NCBI RefSeq assembly: GCF_006345805.1
Contig: NW_021828948.1
Coordinates: 1 to 7,432 of the forward strand
Reading direction: 5' to 3'
DNA from: Octopus sinensis
Taxonomy: Eukaryota
Length of the DNA stretch: 7,432 nt
Part shown: one piece after another, positions 6,967-7,432 of the stretch
Layout: every line of letters starts with the position of its first letter
How positions within the stretch are numbered: the stretch's first letter is position 1
Notes under the pieces: generated by a model
The model's input: only the letters and a program-made list of their open reading frames with translations
What the model was told of the DNA's origin: nothing
Database searches by the model: none
Made by a program: the position numbers and the translations under genes

Positions 6967-7149
6967 GCTCTCCGTCGATTTCGACGACAAGGGTTCCAGT
7001 TGATTCGATCGGCGGAACAGCTTGCTCGTGAAATTAACGTGCAAGTGGCTGAGTACACCACAGACATGCGTACCCTTAATGTGGTTCTGAGGAAGTTTCA
7101 GCACAACACAGAATGTGACCAAGCTGGCCCTTTGAAATATAGCTACAAC
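6967..7149 (-). mobile_element. 5'-truncated SINE copy (family C, 3' portion)
   Basis: ctccgtcg..cgacgacaagggttccagttgattcgatc..gctcgtgaaattaacgtgcaagtggctgag..gctggccctttgaaata; its terminus is homologous to 7409-7432 in this window and it resembles an abundant octopus SINE (from memory). Confidence 0.7.
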
Positions 7150-7170
7150 ATGCATATATATACACATGAA

Positions 7171-7389
7171 AATATCTTTTCTACTCTAAGCACAAGGCCC
7201 GAAATTTTGGGGGAGGGGACTAGTTGATTAGATCGACCCCAGTGCGTAACTGGTACTTAATTTATCGACCCCGAAAGGATGAAAGACAAAGTCGGCCTCG
7301 GCGGAATTTGAACTCAGAACGTAGCGGCAGCCGAAATGCCGCTAAGCATTTCGCCCGACGTGCTAACAGTTCTGCCAGCTCACCGCCTT
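7171..7389 (-). mobile_element. tRNA-derived SINE, family A head and core with an alternative 3' tail (A')
   Basis: Reverse complement of 7232-7387 aligns with 4684-4840 at roughly 89% by eye. A box tggcagaactgttag, B-box-like gagttcaaattcc. Tail tagtcccctcccccaaaatttcgggccttgtgcttagagtagaaaag differs from family A. Confidence 0.9.
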
Positions 7390-7406
7390 CAACTATAAAA
7401 ACATCG

Positions 7407-7432
7407 TGGCACTCCGTCGCTTGCAACGACGA
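7407..7432 (-). mobile_element. 3' terminus of another family C SINE, cut by the window edge
   Basis: tggcactccgtcgcttgcaacgacga is similar to gctctccgtcgatttcgacgacaa at 6967-6990. Confidence 0.55.

Noticed and set aside
6961-7227. 88-aa helical-looking ORF MQALRRFRRQGF
   Set aside because: Lies antisense across two different SINE copies (family C and the A' tail) with a non-ATG start; an incidental frame in repeat DNA

Overview
Non-coding, repeat-saturated eukaryotic DNA. The tRNA-derived SINEs and microsatellite landscape closely resemble what I recall of octopus (coleoid cephalopod) genomes; this assignment is from memory and unverified. No protein-coding gene can be supported, and nearly all listed ORFs are stop-free readings of microsatellites or SINEs. 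Layout: (CAT/CAC)n array with a ~200-235 bp higher-order repeat (1-1143); a unique island with promoter-type motifs and splice signals (~1144-2203); a ~160 bp insert between microsatellites carrying a degenerate hammerhead-ribozyme motif (2231-2390); an (ACC/ACT)n tract (2550-3580); (TA)n/(TATG)n arrays (3700-4390); a short unique segment with a signal-peptide-like ORF (4423-4674); and a dense SINE cluster (4683-7432). The cluster holds a head-plus-trimer SINE with an exact 15-bp TSD, an old SINE apparently stretched by ~900 bp of microsatellite and two nested inserts, and an inverted sister copy with a different tail. I found no convincing novel gene system. The best leads are mobile-RNA biology: hammerhead-like mini-elements in microsatellites, a multimeric SINE insertion, a nested TSD-flanked insert with coding-like bias, and an inverted SINE pair that could form dsRNA.
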